A stretch of 64,000 nucleotides of DNA from NCBI GenBank assembly GCA_049696855.1, contig JBAVUQ010000023.1, forward strand, positions 15,728 through 79,727, written 5' to 3'. Under the pieces are notes generated by a model. That model saw only the letters and a list, made by a program, of their open reading frames with translations, was not told where the DNA came from and did not search any database. The stretch is from Candidatus Aminicenantales bacterium. GTDB taxonomy: Bacteria; Acidobacteriota; Aminicenantia; Aminicenantales; Saccharicenantaceae. This document shows positions 26,498 through 36,020 of the stretch, piece after piece. A program made the position numbers and the translations under genes. Numbering within the stretch: position 1 is the stretch's first letter; every line of letters starts with the position of its first letter.

Positions 26498-27247
26498 ATG
26501 ACCACCCCAGCCCGCCTGGCCGTCGTTCTCGTCCGGCCCGACAGTCCCGAGAATATCGGCTTGGCCGCGCGCGGCATGGCCAACACGGGCTTCACCGACC
26601 TGCGCATCGTCGGCCTCGACAGGCTCGAGCCTCCGGCCTGGCGCACGGCCATCCACGCCGAGTCCATCATCGAAGGGACGCGGTTCTTTCCCTCGCTCGC
26701 CGAGGCCGTCTCCGATCGCGAGCTCGTCCTCGGCTCGACGGCCCGGGTCCGCCACGATTTCCCCCTGGTCACGCTCGCCGAGGCGGTCGCCCGGATCGGG
26801 GAATACCCCGCGGCGACCCGTATCGGTCTCGTCTTCGGCAACGAGCGCACGGGACTGACCCAGGAGGAGCTGGGGCTGGCCAATGTCCGTTTCCACATTC
26901 CCCAAGTCTCGCGGCAGCCGTCCTACAACCTCGGCGTCGCCGTCACCCTGACCCTTCACGCCATCGCTTTTCGCGGGGGCCCCCCTCCGCCCCTCCGGCG
27001 GGACCTGCCCCTCGACCACGGCGCCCAGGCCGAGGCCGGCCGGCGCTTCGCCGCCATGCTCGACAGCCTGGGTTTCGTGCACGACACCAACCGGGCCTTC
27101 ATCGTCGAAAAGGTCGGGGACATCTTTTTCCGCATGGCCCTGACGGCCAAGGACCGCGACATCATCCTGGCCATGTTCCGCAAGTCCCTGGAAGGCCCGC
27201 GTGAGCGGAGGGCGCCACTGAAAAGAAAAGAAAAGGAGCTGCCATGA
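26498..27247 (+). CDS. TrmH/SpoU-family RNA 2'-O-methyltransferase (TrmJ-like)
   Basis: SPOUT N-terminus LAVVLVRPDSPENIGLAARGMANTGF. LVFGNERTGL motif. Confidence 0.7.
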   Translation: MTTPARLAVVLVRPDSPENIGLAARGMANTGFTDLRIVGLDRLEPPAWRTAIHAESIIEGTRFFPSLAEAVSDRELVLGSTARVRHDFPLVTLAEAVARIGEYPAATRIGLVFGNERTGLTQEELGLANVRFHIPQVSRQPSYNLGVAVTLTLHAIAFRGGPPPPLRRDLPLDHGAQAEAGRRFAAMLDSLGFVHDTNRAFIVEKVGDIFFRMALTAKDRDIILAMFRKSLEGPRERRAPLKRKEKELP

Positions 27248-27645
27248 GCCCGAAAGATCTGAAGGTCGTCTTCGGACCGAACTACAGGGTCGATGTCGAG
27301 TACAAGGGCTTCACCGTCAAGACCGACCAGCCTGTCCGCGAAGGGGGCGACGGGACGGCCCCGTCGCCGTTCGATCTCTTTCTCGTCTCCCTCGCCGCCT
27401 GCGCCGGCTATTATGCCCTGGCCTTCTGCAAGGAGCGCAAGATCCCCACCGAAGGGCTCGCCGTGACCATGACCACGGAACGGGGAGAGGTCTCCAAGAT
27501 GATCGATAAGATCTCGGTCGAGGTCACGCCGCCGGCCGGGTTCCCGGAGAAATACGGGGCCGCGCTGGTCAAGTCGGTCGACCACTGCACGGTCAAGGCC
27601 CACATCCTGAGGCCGCCCCGGTTCGAGATCGTCCTCCGGCCCTAG
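27244..27645 (+). CDS. OsmC/Ohr-family peroxiredoxin-like protein
   Basis: 133 aa. PFDLFLVSLAACAGYY and DHCTV conserved Cys regions. ATGA overlap with the upstream gene. Confidence 0.7.
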   Translation: MSPKDLKVVFGPNYRVDVEYKGFTVKTDQPVREGGDGTAPSPFDLFLVSLAACAGYYALAFCKERKIPTEGLAVTMTTERGEVSKMIDKISVEVTPPAGFPEKYGAALVKSVDHCTVKAHILRPPRFEIVLRP

Positions 27646-27657
27646 CGGGCGGGGACG

Positions 27658-28632
27658 TCACGGCGTCTGGGGCAGCCAGAGATAATAGAAGCCGGCCTTG
27701 AGGGCGCCCACCATCGACTCGACGACCTTCGCTTCGAGCGGGGAGAAATCGCCCAGCCGTCCGGCGTAGATGTTCGTCTGGGTCTTTGGGAAATACGTGT
27801 AGGATACGAGCTTGGCCCTCTCGATCGAAGCCAGGTCCCGGGCCTTGCCGAAGGCGTCGTCGAAGTAGCCGACGCCGTCGATCAGGCCGAGCTTCAGGGC
27901 TTGGGGGGCCGTGTAGACCCGGCCGTCGGCGATCGTCCGGAGGTCGGCGGCAGCGATCTTGCCCTTGCGGCCCTTGGCCACGACGGCGAGGAAGCCCTCG
28001 TAATATTCGTCGATGATCCCCTGGAACATCTTCTTCTCGTCCTCCGTCATGTCCCGGAACGGGGAGCCCGAGTCCTTGGCCGGGCCGGACTTGATGACAT
28101 TCACCTTGACCCCGACCTTGCTCATCAGCGATTCGACGCTGGGGAAGATGGAGATGACGCCGATCGAGCCGGTCAGGGTGGAGGGATGGGCCACGATGAG
28201 GTCGCAGGCCGAGGCGATGTAGTAGCCTCCCGACGCGGCGACGCTCATCATCAGCCCGATCACGGGCCGGCCCGTCCGCTCCTTGAACCGGAGGATCTCG
28301 TTGTAGATGATGTCGCTCGCCGTCACTTCGCCCCCCGGCGTGTCGAGCCTGAGGATGACCGCCTTGACCCGGGGATCGGCGGCGGCCCGCTCGAGACGCT
28401 CGGAGACGCGGGCCACGACGCTTTTCTCGCGGGCGAGGAACCCGGTCTCGAGGGCGGACGAGATCGTCCCGTCGATGTCGATCATCAGGACCTTGTCCCT
28501 GGCCGCGCTCGGCCGAAGGACGACCTCCTGGAGCTTGTCCTCGCCGAGCAGGTCGAGCCGGATCTGCGGCGAGCAGGCGGCCAGCGCGGCCGCAAGGACG
28601 GACACGAATAGAACGGCTCTCTGGGTGGACAT
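27658..28632 (-). CDS. sppA: signal peptide peptidase SppA (S49 family, 36K type)
   Basis: Start MSTQRA with AAGGAGG RBS. Signal peptide. S49 blocks (AVILRLDTPGGEVTASD, SVAASGGYYIA, TGSIGVI). Confidence 0.75.
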   Translation of the reverse strand: MSTQRAVLFVSVLAAALAACSPQIRLDLLGEDKLQEVVLRPSAARDKVLMIDIDGTISSALETGFLAREKSVVARVSERLERAAADPRVKAVILRLDTPGGEVTASDIIYNEILRFKERTGRPVIGLMMSVAASGGYYIASACDLIVAHPSTLTGSIGVISIFPSVESLMSKVGVKVNVIKSGPAKDSGSPFRDMTEDEKKMFQGIIDEYYEGFLAVVAKGRKGKIAAADLRTIADGRVYTAPQALKLGLIDGVGYFDDAFGKARDLASIERAKLVSYTYFPKTQTNIYAGRLGDFSPLEAKVVESMVGALKAGFYYLWLPQTP

Positions 28633-28642
28633 GGGGGCCTCC

Positions 28643-29593
28643 TTAGGCGGGTTTCTTAACGAAGTGCTTCCCGGCGCGGCGGGTGGCCGGGGTGACCATG
28701 CGGATGGCTTGCGGCAGGATGCGGAACTCGAGACGGTCCCGGTTGCCCAGGAACTCGCCGTTGAACTGCATCGGCAGGTCGCGGCCGTTGATGACGACGC
28801 GCCGGGCCTTGAAATGCCGCATGCGGCGCTGGTAAAAGCCAAAGTAGATGAGGGGGAAGAGGAGGGAGTACTTGAACGGCCCCATCTCGAACAGGGTGAC
28901 GTCCAGATAACCGTCGTCGACGACGGCCTCCGGCGCGATGTTCCAGCTGTAGCCGAAATAGTTCGTCTTGGCGACGATGCAGTCGAAGAACTTCGAGTGG
29001 ACGATCTTCTTCTTGAACGGGCCGGACTTGTCGCGGCCGTCGTAGAGCTCGAGGACCTTTTCGTCCATGGGAGCGTCGAAGAGGCGCCGCCCGGCCAGGA
29101 CGTGGCCCCAGATCCCTCCGATCTTGCCGCGGAGCTTTTCTCCGGTCACGAGGGCCGTGGCCCCGACGCTGGAGAACGCGGCGACGCGGCCCTCGACCTC
29201 CATGAGGTCGATCGGCCTGGGGATGCCCTCGGACAGCCGGTCGATGGCCAGGAGCGGGTTCTTGGGGATGTCGAAGGCCTTGCGGAAGGCGTTGCCGCTG
29301 CCGAAAGGGATGACGCCGAAGAGGACCTCGCCCTGCCTGCCGGAATCGAAGATCCCCTGGAGGGTGTCCGCGATCGTGCCGTCCCCGCCCATGGCCACGA
29401 TGACGTCGGCGTTCCGGCAGGCCAGCGTGGCCTTTTCCACCGCCGTCTTCGTGTCGCCGAGATGGTCGTAGACGTCGCCGGGGAGCTTCTTCTGGAGATA
29501 GGCGCGGAGGAACTTTCGCCTCATCCACTTGGAATTGGCCGCCCGGGGATTGATGAGGCAGGCGGTCTTGAGGTTCTTGATCTCGTCGGTCAT
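28643..29593 (-). CDS. diacylglycerol-kinase-family lipid kinase (DAGK_cat; YegS/BmrU-like)
   Basis: ACLINPRAANSKW, VIVAMGGDGT, GVIPFGSGNAF. The start at MTDEI (29593) is tentative; the ORF extends to 29779. Confidence 0.65.
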   Translation of the reverse strand: MTDEIKNLKTACLINPRAANSKWMRRKFLRAYLQKKLPGDVYDHLGDTKTAVEKATLACRNADVIVAMGGDGTIADTLQGIFDSGRQGEVLFGVIPFGSGNAFRKAFDIPKNPLLAIDRLSEGIPRPIDLMEVEGRVAAFSSVGATALVTGEKLRGKIGGIWGHVLAGRRLFDAPMDEKVLELYDGRDKSGPFKKKIVHSKFFDCIVAKTNYFGYSWNIAPEAVVDDGYLDVTLFEMGPFKYSLLFPLIYFGFYQRRMRHFKARRVVINGRDLPMQFNGEFLGNRDRLEFRILPQAIRMVTPATRRAGKHFVKKPA

Positions 29594-29723
29594 AATTCCG
29601 GGGGTCCCTTTGTCGCTCCGAAAAATCCCTCTCATTGTAGCGCATGTCCGGAGGGCCGTCAAAATACTCAACGTCCCCCTTTTCGGTCCCGAACGTTGAA
29701 CGGAGCCACGTCGATGGGTTAGA

Positions 29724-30716
29724 ATGTCGGGCAGGATCCCGATGAGACCTTTAGAAAAGACGATCGCCGTCCGGGACAAGCGCTTCCTCCTGCGCGTCGA
29801 GACATCCCACGAATCCGCGGATTATGGGAAGTATGAGGACCTTCGCGAGGAGATCTGGGGCTTTCCCGACGATCATCTGTCCAGCACCCGGAACATGATG
29901 TGCGAGAACGTCTTCCACGAGGGGGGCAGCCTCTTTATCGGCGCCTTCGCCGAAGCGGAGGCCGGCCGCTTCGAGATCGACGGGCCGCACCTCGTCGGCT
30001 TCTGCTACGGCTTCGTCGGCGTCCGCGACAAGTCGATCGGCTTCCGCGACGCGGCGAATCTCCGCTTCTACGCCCAGTACGCCGGGGTCCGGACGGCTTG
30101 CCAGAGCTGCGGGCTCGGCATCCTGCTCAAGGAGTATCAGCGCGAGATGGTCCTCGACCTTCTCGGCGTCTCGACGATCATCTGCACCTACGACCCGCTC
30201 ACCGGCGTCAATGCCAACCGCAACGTCCATCACTTCGGCATGGACGTCCTCGAATACCGGGTGGCCACATACGGCGAGTACGGCGGCCTGCTCAACCGGC
30301 CGGACGTGCCCATGGATCGCTTCCTCATGTCCTGGGACCTCACAAGGACGGGCGGACGCACCGCCTACGATCTCGAGGCGGCCCTGGCCGCGGCGGCGAC
30401 GATCCGGGCCGGCTCGCGGCGAGTGCCGGGATTGAGCGGGGAGATCGCGCTCGAAGTCGTCGAAGGAACCGACCCCGGCGCCGCGGGCGAGGTCCTTCTT
30501 GTCCGCATCCCCCTTGATTTCTACCGGATGCTCCAGGAGACGGAGGTCGCCGACCCCGACGTGAGCCGTATCCCTGTCGACTGGAGGATGGCCACGCGGG
30601 AGGTCTTCCTGGCCCTTTTCGCCAGGGGCTACCGGGTCGTCGATTTCCTGAAGGCGACGGCGGGCCTGCCGGCCAATCACTACGTCCTGGCGCGGGTCGC
30701 TACCCCTGACCGATGA
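29724..30716 (+). CDS. hypothetical protein with GNAT-like acetyltransferase fold, first gene of an ABC-exporter operon
   Basis: Possible acetyl-CoA loop CQSCGLGILL (Q-x-x-G-x-G). No other domain recognised. The stop overlaps the ABC ATPase start (ATGA). Confidence 0.4.
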   Translation: MSGRIPMRPLEKTIAVRDKRFLLRVETSHESADYGKYEDLREEIWGFPDDHLSSTRNMMCENVFHEGGSLFIGAFAEAEAGRFEIDGPHLVGFCYGFVGVRDKSIGFRDAANLRFYAQYAGVRTACQSCGLGILLKEYQREMVLDLLGVSTIICTYDPLTGVNANRNVHHFGMDVLEYRVATYGEYGGLLNRPDVPMDRFLMSWDLTRTGGRTAYDLEAALAAAATIRAGSRRVPGLSGEIALEVVEGTDPGAAGEVLLVRIPLDFYRMLQETEVADPDVSRIPVDWRMATREVFLALFARGYRVVDFLKATAGLPANHYVLARVATPDR

Positions 30717-31417
30717 GCACGCCGGCGCCTCCCCTCATCGAGACCCGGGCCCTTTCCAAGACCTATCTCGTCGGCGACGTCCGGGTCGCGGCCCTCGCCG
30801 ACATCACCTTGTCCGTCCCCGAAGGGAGCTTTCTCGCCGTGACGGGCGCGTCGGGCTCGGGCAAATCGACCCTCCTGAACCTCCTGGGCGGGCTGGATAC
30901 GCCGAGCGGCGGGACGATCGAAGTCGGCGGCGCCTTCGTCTCGGCCATGGACCGCGAGGCGCTGGCCCGGTACCGGAGGTTCGGGGCCGGCATGATCTTC
31001 CAATCCTTCAATCTCGTCGCGGCCCGGACCGCGCTCGAGAACGTCGAGCTGCCCCTCGTCTTCGCGGGCCTGGACAAGAAGGACAGGAAGCGCCGGGCCG
31101 CCGACCTCCTCGACAAGGTCGGACTCGCCCATCGGGCCAACCACCGGCCTCCCGAGCTCTCGGGAGGGGAGCAGCAGCGGGTGGCCGTGGCCCGGGCCCT
31201 GGCCAACGGGCCCCGGCTCCTCCTCGCCGACGAGCCGACGGGAAACCTCGACAGCCGGACCGCGAGGGAGATCGTCGGCCTGCTCGCCGAGCTCAACCGT
31301 GAAACGACCCTGACGATCATCATGGTCTCCCACGAGGAGAGCCTCGTCCGCGAATTCGCCCGCGAGATCGTGCGGCTCCGCGACGGCCGCATCGTCGCGG
31401 GGGAGAGCCCGGCATGA
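30713..31417 (+). CDS. ABC transporter ATP-binding protein (MacB/LolD/FtsE-like)
   Basis: Walker A GASGSGKST. Signature LSGGEQQRVAVARAL. Walker B LLLADEPTGNLD. Confidence 0.85.
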   Translation: MSTPAPPLIETRALSKTYLVGDVRVAALADITLSVPEGSFLAVTGASGSGKSTLLNLLGGLDTPSGGTIEVGGAFVSAMDREALARYRRFGAGMIFQSFNLVAARTALENVELPLVFAGLDKKDRKRRAADLLDKVGLAHRANHRPPELSGGEQQRVAVARALANGPRLLLADEPTGNLDSRTAREIVGLLAELNRETTLTIIMVSHEESLVREFAREIVRLRDGRIVAGESPA

Positions 31418-32772
31418 GGTTCACCGACGCCGTCGAGTTCGCGGTGTCCAGCCTCCGGAAGCGGCGGCTGCGGACGATCCTCACCGCCTCCGGGGTGACG
31501 ATCGGCATCGGCGCCCTCGTCGCGATGATCTCCTTCGGCTCGGGCATGCAGAAGAACGTCACGGAGGCCTTCACCGCGTCCGACCTCTTCACCACGATCA
31601 TGGTCATGCCGGGCGGAGCGGAGGCTCCTTCGGGAGATCCGGATCGCCAAAGGCCTCCGGTCAAGACGCCCGCTCGTCCCGACGTCGTCCTCGACGACGC
31701 GGCCGTGGCCGCGATCTCCCGCATCAGCGGCGTCCGGTCGGCGTACGCCGAGATCAGCTTCCCGGCCATGGTCGGATTCGAGGGAGCGGAGGAGTTCAGG
31801 CTCGTCCAGGTCGTCCCGGCGGCCGTGGCCGCCTCGAAGGCCCTGGAGATCAAGTGGGGACGATCCTATGCCAGCGACGACGAGAGGGGCGTCGTCGTCA
31901 GCCGGTCTCTGTTGTGGAGAACGGGGAGGACGGATCCCGCATCGGCCGTGGGCAAGACGATCCGCATCACCTCGGTCTCGATCGACCTCGGCAAGCTGGC
32001 GACGCTCGACCTCGGCGCTCTCCTTTCGGGCGCCGCGTCCCCCCTGTCCCGGGAGACCTATGAGTTCCCGATCCTCGGCGTCACCGACATCACCCCGTTC
32101 GGAGGCGAGGCCAACCTGACCGAGACCGCCGTCCTGATCCCGCCGGGCCCGGCCCGGGGCATCAAGCGTCTCCCCATCTCCAGCATCTGGGACCTCTTCC
32201 GGATGAGGGACGGGAAGGTGGGCTATTCGGCCGTCACCGTCAAGCTCGATTCCCTTGCCGACCTCGATCCCGTCAGGACCCGGGTCCGCGAGATGGGCTT
32301 TGCGACCTTCGCCCTAGCCGATCAGTTCGACCAGATCACCCGGGCCTTCTATTTCATGGACATGGTCCTGGCCGCGGTCGGCATGATCGCCATCGTCGTC
32401 GCCGCCCTGGGCATCGTCAACACGATGGTCATGTCCATCCTCGAGCGCTTCCGGGAGATCGGCATCATGAAGGCGGTCGGGGCGGGGGACCGGGACATCC
32501 GGAGGATCTTCTTCTTCGAATCGGGGGCGATCGGCCTCGCCGGCGGGGCGGCCGGGTGCGCCCTGGGCTGGGCGACGAGCCTGGTCATCAACCGGATCGT
32601 CAACTTCTATCTGGCCAGGCAGGGCGTGCCCCACGTCGATTACTTCGCCTTCCCGGTCTGGATCTTCCTCGGCGCCATCGGCTTCTCGCTCCTCGTCAGC
32701 CTCGTCTCGGGGATCTACCCGGCCCGCCGCGCCGCCCGCGTCGACCCCGTCGTCGCGCTGCGGCATGATTAA
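31414..32772 (+). CDS. ABC transporter permease, FtsX/MacB-type
   Basis: N-terminal TM, large periplasmic domain, C-terminal FtsX 4-TM module (ILERFREIGIMKAVGA). Confidence 0.8.
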   Translation: MRFTDAVEFAVSSLRKRRLRTILTASGVTIGIGALVAMISFGSGMQKNVTEAFTASDLFTTIMVMPGGAEAPSGDPDRQRPPVKTPARPDVVLDDAAVAAISRISGVRSAYAEISFPAMVGFEGAEEFRLVQVVPAAVAASKALEIKWGRSYASDDERGVVVSRSLLWRTGRTDPASAVGKTIRITSVSIDLGKLATLDLGALLSGAASPLSRETYEFPILGVTDITPFGGEANLTETAVLIPPGPARGIKRLPISSIWDLFRMRDGKVGYSAVTVKLDSLADLDPVRTRVREMGFATFALADQFDQITRAFYFMDMVLAAVGMIAIVVAALGIVNTMVMSILERFREIGIMKAVGAGDRDIRRIFFFESGAIGLAGGAAGCALGWATSLVINRIVNFYLARQGVPHVDYFAFPVWIFLGAIGFSLLVSLVSGIYPARRAARVDPVVALRHD

Positions 32773-32776
32773 AGTT

Positions 32777-32888
32777 CGGTGACACACAACTAAACTCACT
32801 TAATTCCTCGTGCTCTGGTTGTTCCCAGCCGCAACCGAGTAGCCTGAGTTTCGCTCGCTAATTAAGTGTATTTAGTTGTGTGTCACCG
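32777..32888. repeat. MITE-like element copy 1 with 29-bp terminal inverted repeats (CGGTGACACACAACTAAA[C/T][T/A]CACTTAATT)
   Basis: Left TIR 32777-32805, right TIR 32860-32888, ~54-bp unrelated core. Same TIRs recur at 42786-42874. Confidence 0.75.
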
Positions 32889-32979
32889 AATAGGTGCTAT
32901 AATGCGCGGTTATGCGCATAGGAACCGGCCGTTGCCTGGCGGGTGGAACCGTCTTTCGGGGGGGATCGAAGGAGCAGCC

Positions 32980-34221
32980 ATGAAGAATCTTCGGATCTGT
33001 GCCCTGTTCGGCGTCGGCCTCGTCCTGTCCCTGTCCGCCTGCACCGTCGCCAAGACGCCGCTGACGGTGGAGGAGAAGGCGCGGGAGCTTCACAAGAAGA
33101 TACTGACCGTCGACACCCATTGCGATACGGCCTTCAGCTTGTTGAGGACCGACTGGAAGATCGGTGACCGCCACGACCCGGCCCTGCGGTCGAGCGGCAA
33201 GATCGATCTGCCCCGGATGAAGGAAGGCGGCCTCGACGCCGAGTTCTTCGCCGCCTTCGTCGGGCAAGGGCCCTTGACCCCCGAGGCCTACGCCAAGGCC
33301 AAGGACAGCGCCCTCCGGGCGGTCGCGGCCGTCCACAAGATGACCCGGGACTATGCCTCGATGATCGGCCTGGCCGTCGATCCGGCGGGCGCCCGGCGCC
33401 TCAAGAAAGAGGGCAAGCTCACGGCCTTCATCGGCCTCGAGAATGGCTATCCGATCGGCCGCGACCTCGCGCTCGTCAAGCTCTTCTATGACGACGACGT
33501 TCGTTACATCACCCTCTGCCATTCCTCCGACAACGATATCTGCGACTCGTCGACCGACCGCCGGGACCCCGAAGACAAGGGCCTGAGCGATTTCGGCCGG
33601 CAGGTGGTCGCCGAATGCAACCGCCTGGGCATGATCGTCGACATCTCGCACGCCTCGGAGAGATCGTTCTATGACGTCCTGGCGGCGTCCAAGGCCCCGA
33701 TCATCGCCTCCCATTCGAGCGCCAGGGCCGTCTGCGACAATCCCCGCAACCTGACCGACGACCAGCTCCGGGCCCTGGCCCGGAACGGAGGCGTCATCCA
33801 GATCTGCTTCCTCGGCGCCTATGTCAAGACGCCGCCCGTCATCCCCGAGCGCGAACAAGCCATGAAGGAGCTCGAGGCCAAATACGGCCCCGTGCGCGAG
33901 ATCCGGGACGACGCGGTCCGCATGAAGGCCATGGCCGAACGGGACGCCATCAATAAGCAGTTTCCCCAGGTCCGGGCGACCGTCCAGGACCTCGTCGACC
34001 ACATCGACCATGTCCGGAAGGTCGTCGGCATCGACTACGTCGGGATCGGCACCGATTTCGACGGCGGCGGCGGGGTTGTCGGCTGCGACGATGTCAGCGG
34101 CATGATCCACGTGACGGAAGAGCTCATCCGCCGCGGCTATACCGACCGGGAGATCGAAAAGGTCTGGGGCGGAAACTTCTTCCGGGTCTTCGACAAGATC
34201 ATCGCCCTCTCGGGAAAATAG
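32980..34221 (+). CDS. membrane dipeptidase (peptidase M19 family) lipoprotein
   Basis: ATG 32980 with GAAGGAG RBS. Lipobox LSLSAC. M19 motifs VDTHCDT and TLCHSSDN. Confidence 0.8.
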   Translation: MKNLRICALFGVGLVLSLSACTVAKTPLTVEEKARELHKKILTVDTHCDTAFSLLRTDWKIGDRHDPALRSSGKIDLPRMKEGGLDAEFFAAFVGQGPLTPEAYAKAKDSALRAVAAVHKMTRDYASMIGLAVDPAGARRLKKEGKLTAFIGLENGYPIGRDLALVKLFYDDDVRYITLCHSSDNDICDSSTDRRDPEDKGLSDFGRQVVAECNRLGMIVDISHASERSFYDVLAASKAPIIASHSSARAVCDNPRNLTDDQLRALARNGGVIQICFLGAYVKTPPVIPEREQAMKELEAKYGPVREIRDDAVRMKAMAERDAINKQFPQVRATVQDLVDHIDHVRKVVGIDYVGIGTDFDGGGGVVGCDDVSGMIHVTEELIRRGYTDREIEKVWGGNFFRVFDKIIALSGK

Positions 34222-34321
34222 ACCCCGGCGGCTTCCTGGGAGTCGCGTAAAGCAAGTTTACGCGGGCGGGCCGCTCCGCCCTGCAATTTATGTATTATCT
34301 TGGTGATAAGAAATCCAGGCG

Positions 34322-36013
34322 GTGGCACGATCCTTGCTCCGCCTAGGAATTGATGCGGGATGTGCATTTCGAGGCCTTTTTCGCTATCATGAGGGCGCTT
34401 TGACGATCTTCGCCGGCCCCAAGCGCATCCTGCCCCTGGCTCTCGTCGTCCTTTTCGCCGCGCTTCAGCCGGGACCTCAGGCCCGGTCCCTCTCCGAGCA
34501 GCCCGGGGCGGCCCCCCGTTACGGGGGGACATTCCGGATCAAGGGCTATTATAGTCCCTTCATACGGGTCCTCGATCCGGCCGGTCCGTCGCATTACTTC
34601 CTCACCGAGCAGATCTATGACGGCCTGGTCCGGTTCGACGCCCGCTTCAACCCCACGCCCGCCCTGGCCGAGTACTGGGTGATCTCCGACGGCGGGGCCC
34701 GCATCACGTTCCACCTCCGCGAGGGGGTCCGATTCCACAACGGGCGCGAGCTCACGGCCAACGACGTCAAGTATTCGCTCGAGCGGCTGGTCCGGAAGAG
34801 GTCGGACAACACGACCTATCAGCACTTCGTCGGCAAGGTCGTCGGCGCGGAGGAGTTTTGGCAGGGCACGGCCGCCGAGGTCACCGGGTTCCGGGTGATC
34901 GACCCGTCGACCTTCGAGATCCGTTGGGTCCGGCCCTACGTCTCCGGGCTCTACCTCCTGGGGATGTACTACTGCAAGATCCTGCCGAAGGACCTTCTCG
35001 AGGGCCAGGGCCGGAGCTTCTTCCAGAAGCCCGTGGGCACGGGTCCGTTCAAGTTCGCCGAGTGGCTCTGGAGCCCGCGGCTGGAGGTCATGGGCGTCCG
35101 GCTCGAGCGGAACCCGGCCTATTACGGCCGCAAGCCCTACCTGGCGGCCCTCGAGTACAGCCCGTATTACACCGACGCACAGTTCGAGGACGGGATCGTG
35201 GATCTCATCTCGGTGACCTCCGAAAGGATGCTCCGCAAAAACTTCCCCATCCTCGAGAACAACACCCTGAAATCCTATTTCCTGGCCTTCAGCTGCGACG
35301 TCGCTCCCCTCGACCGTCCCGAGGTCCGCAAGGCGCTGGCCCTGGGGCTCGACAGGAACCGTCTGGCCGCGGCCTGTGACACGCCGGCGACCCTCCATCA
35401 GGTCATGAACAACTACATCCCGCCCCTGCTCCCCGGCTTTTTCCCCAAGGCGGAGGGTCCGTTCACCGATCCCGACACGGCCAAGCTCCTCCTCGACCGG
35501 CTCCTGCCCGAGGGCGGGCGCAAGGCCCTGACTTTGACGCTTCTCTGTGACGGGCCGAGGACGGACGAATCGGCCGGCTTCGCCCGCGAGCTCGAGCGTG
35601 AGCTCGGCGCCCTGGAGATCAAGCTCGACGTGAAGTACCTGCGCAGGCCCGGGGACGCCCGGGGCGTGCGCTCGCCCTATGTGAAATTCCTCGCCTATAC
35701 CATGGACTTCCCGGACCCGGAGAACATCATCGGCCCGCTCTACCGGTCGGGGTCCGCCGCGAACGCGCTCAACTCCCGCTACGCGAACCCGCGGCTGGAC
35801 GCCCTGCTCGAGCAGTCGGAGGTCGAGACGAGCTGGGAGCGGCGGACGGGCCTGTTCCGGGAGATCGAAAAGGTCCTCTACGACGACGTGCCGGCCGTTC
35901 CGCTCTTCTCCGAAAGGATCCGCATCGCCGTCCAACCCCAGGTCCGGGGCCTGCAGCTGCCGGCCATGGGATTCATCTTCCTCGACGTCCGGGACGTCTG
36001 GCTGGGGAACTGA
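34322..36013 (+). CDS. ABC-type solute-binding protein, family 5 (peptide/nickel-type), orphan
   Basis: SBP_bac_5 blocks (YGGTFRIKG, LVRFD, YWVISDGG, HNGRELTANDVKYS). No cognate permease or ATPase genes adjacent. Exact start uncertain. Confidence 0.7.
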   Translation: MARSLLRLGIDAGCAFRGLFRYHEGALTIFAGPKRILPLALVVLFAALQPGPQARSLSEQPGAAPRYGGTFRIKGYYSPFIRVLDPAGPSHYFLTEQIYDGLVRFDARFNPTPALAEYWVISDGGARITFHLREGVRFHNGRELTANDVKYSLERLVRKRSDNTTYQHFVGKVVGAEEFWQGTAAEVTGFRVIDPSTFEIRWVRPYVSGLYLLGMYYCKILPKDLLEGQGRSFFQKPVGTGPFKFAEWLWSPRLEVMGVRLERNPAYYGRKPYLAALEYSPYYTDAQFEDGIVDLISVTSERMLRKNFPILENNTLKSYFLAFSCDVAPLDRPEVRKALALGLDRNRLAAACDTPATLHQVMNNYIPPLLPGFFPKAEGPFTDPDTAKLLLDRLLPEGGRKALTLTLLCDGPRTDESAGFARELERELGALEIKLDVKYLRRPGDARGVRSPYVKFLAYTMDFPDPENIIGPLYRSGSAANALNSRYANPRLDALLEQSEVETSWERRTGLFREIEKVLYDDVPAVPLFSERIRIAVQPQVRGLQLPAMGFIFLDVRDVWLGN

Positions 36014-36020
36014 CAAGACC

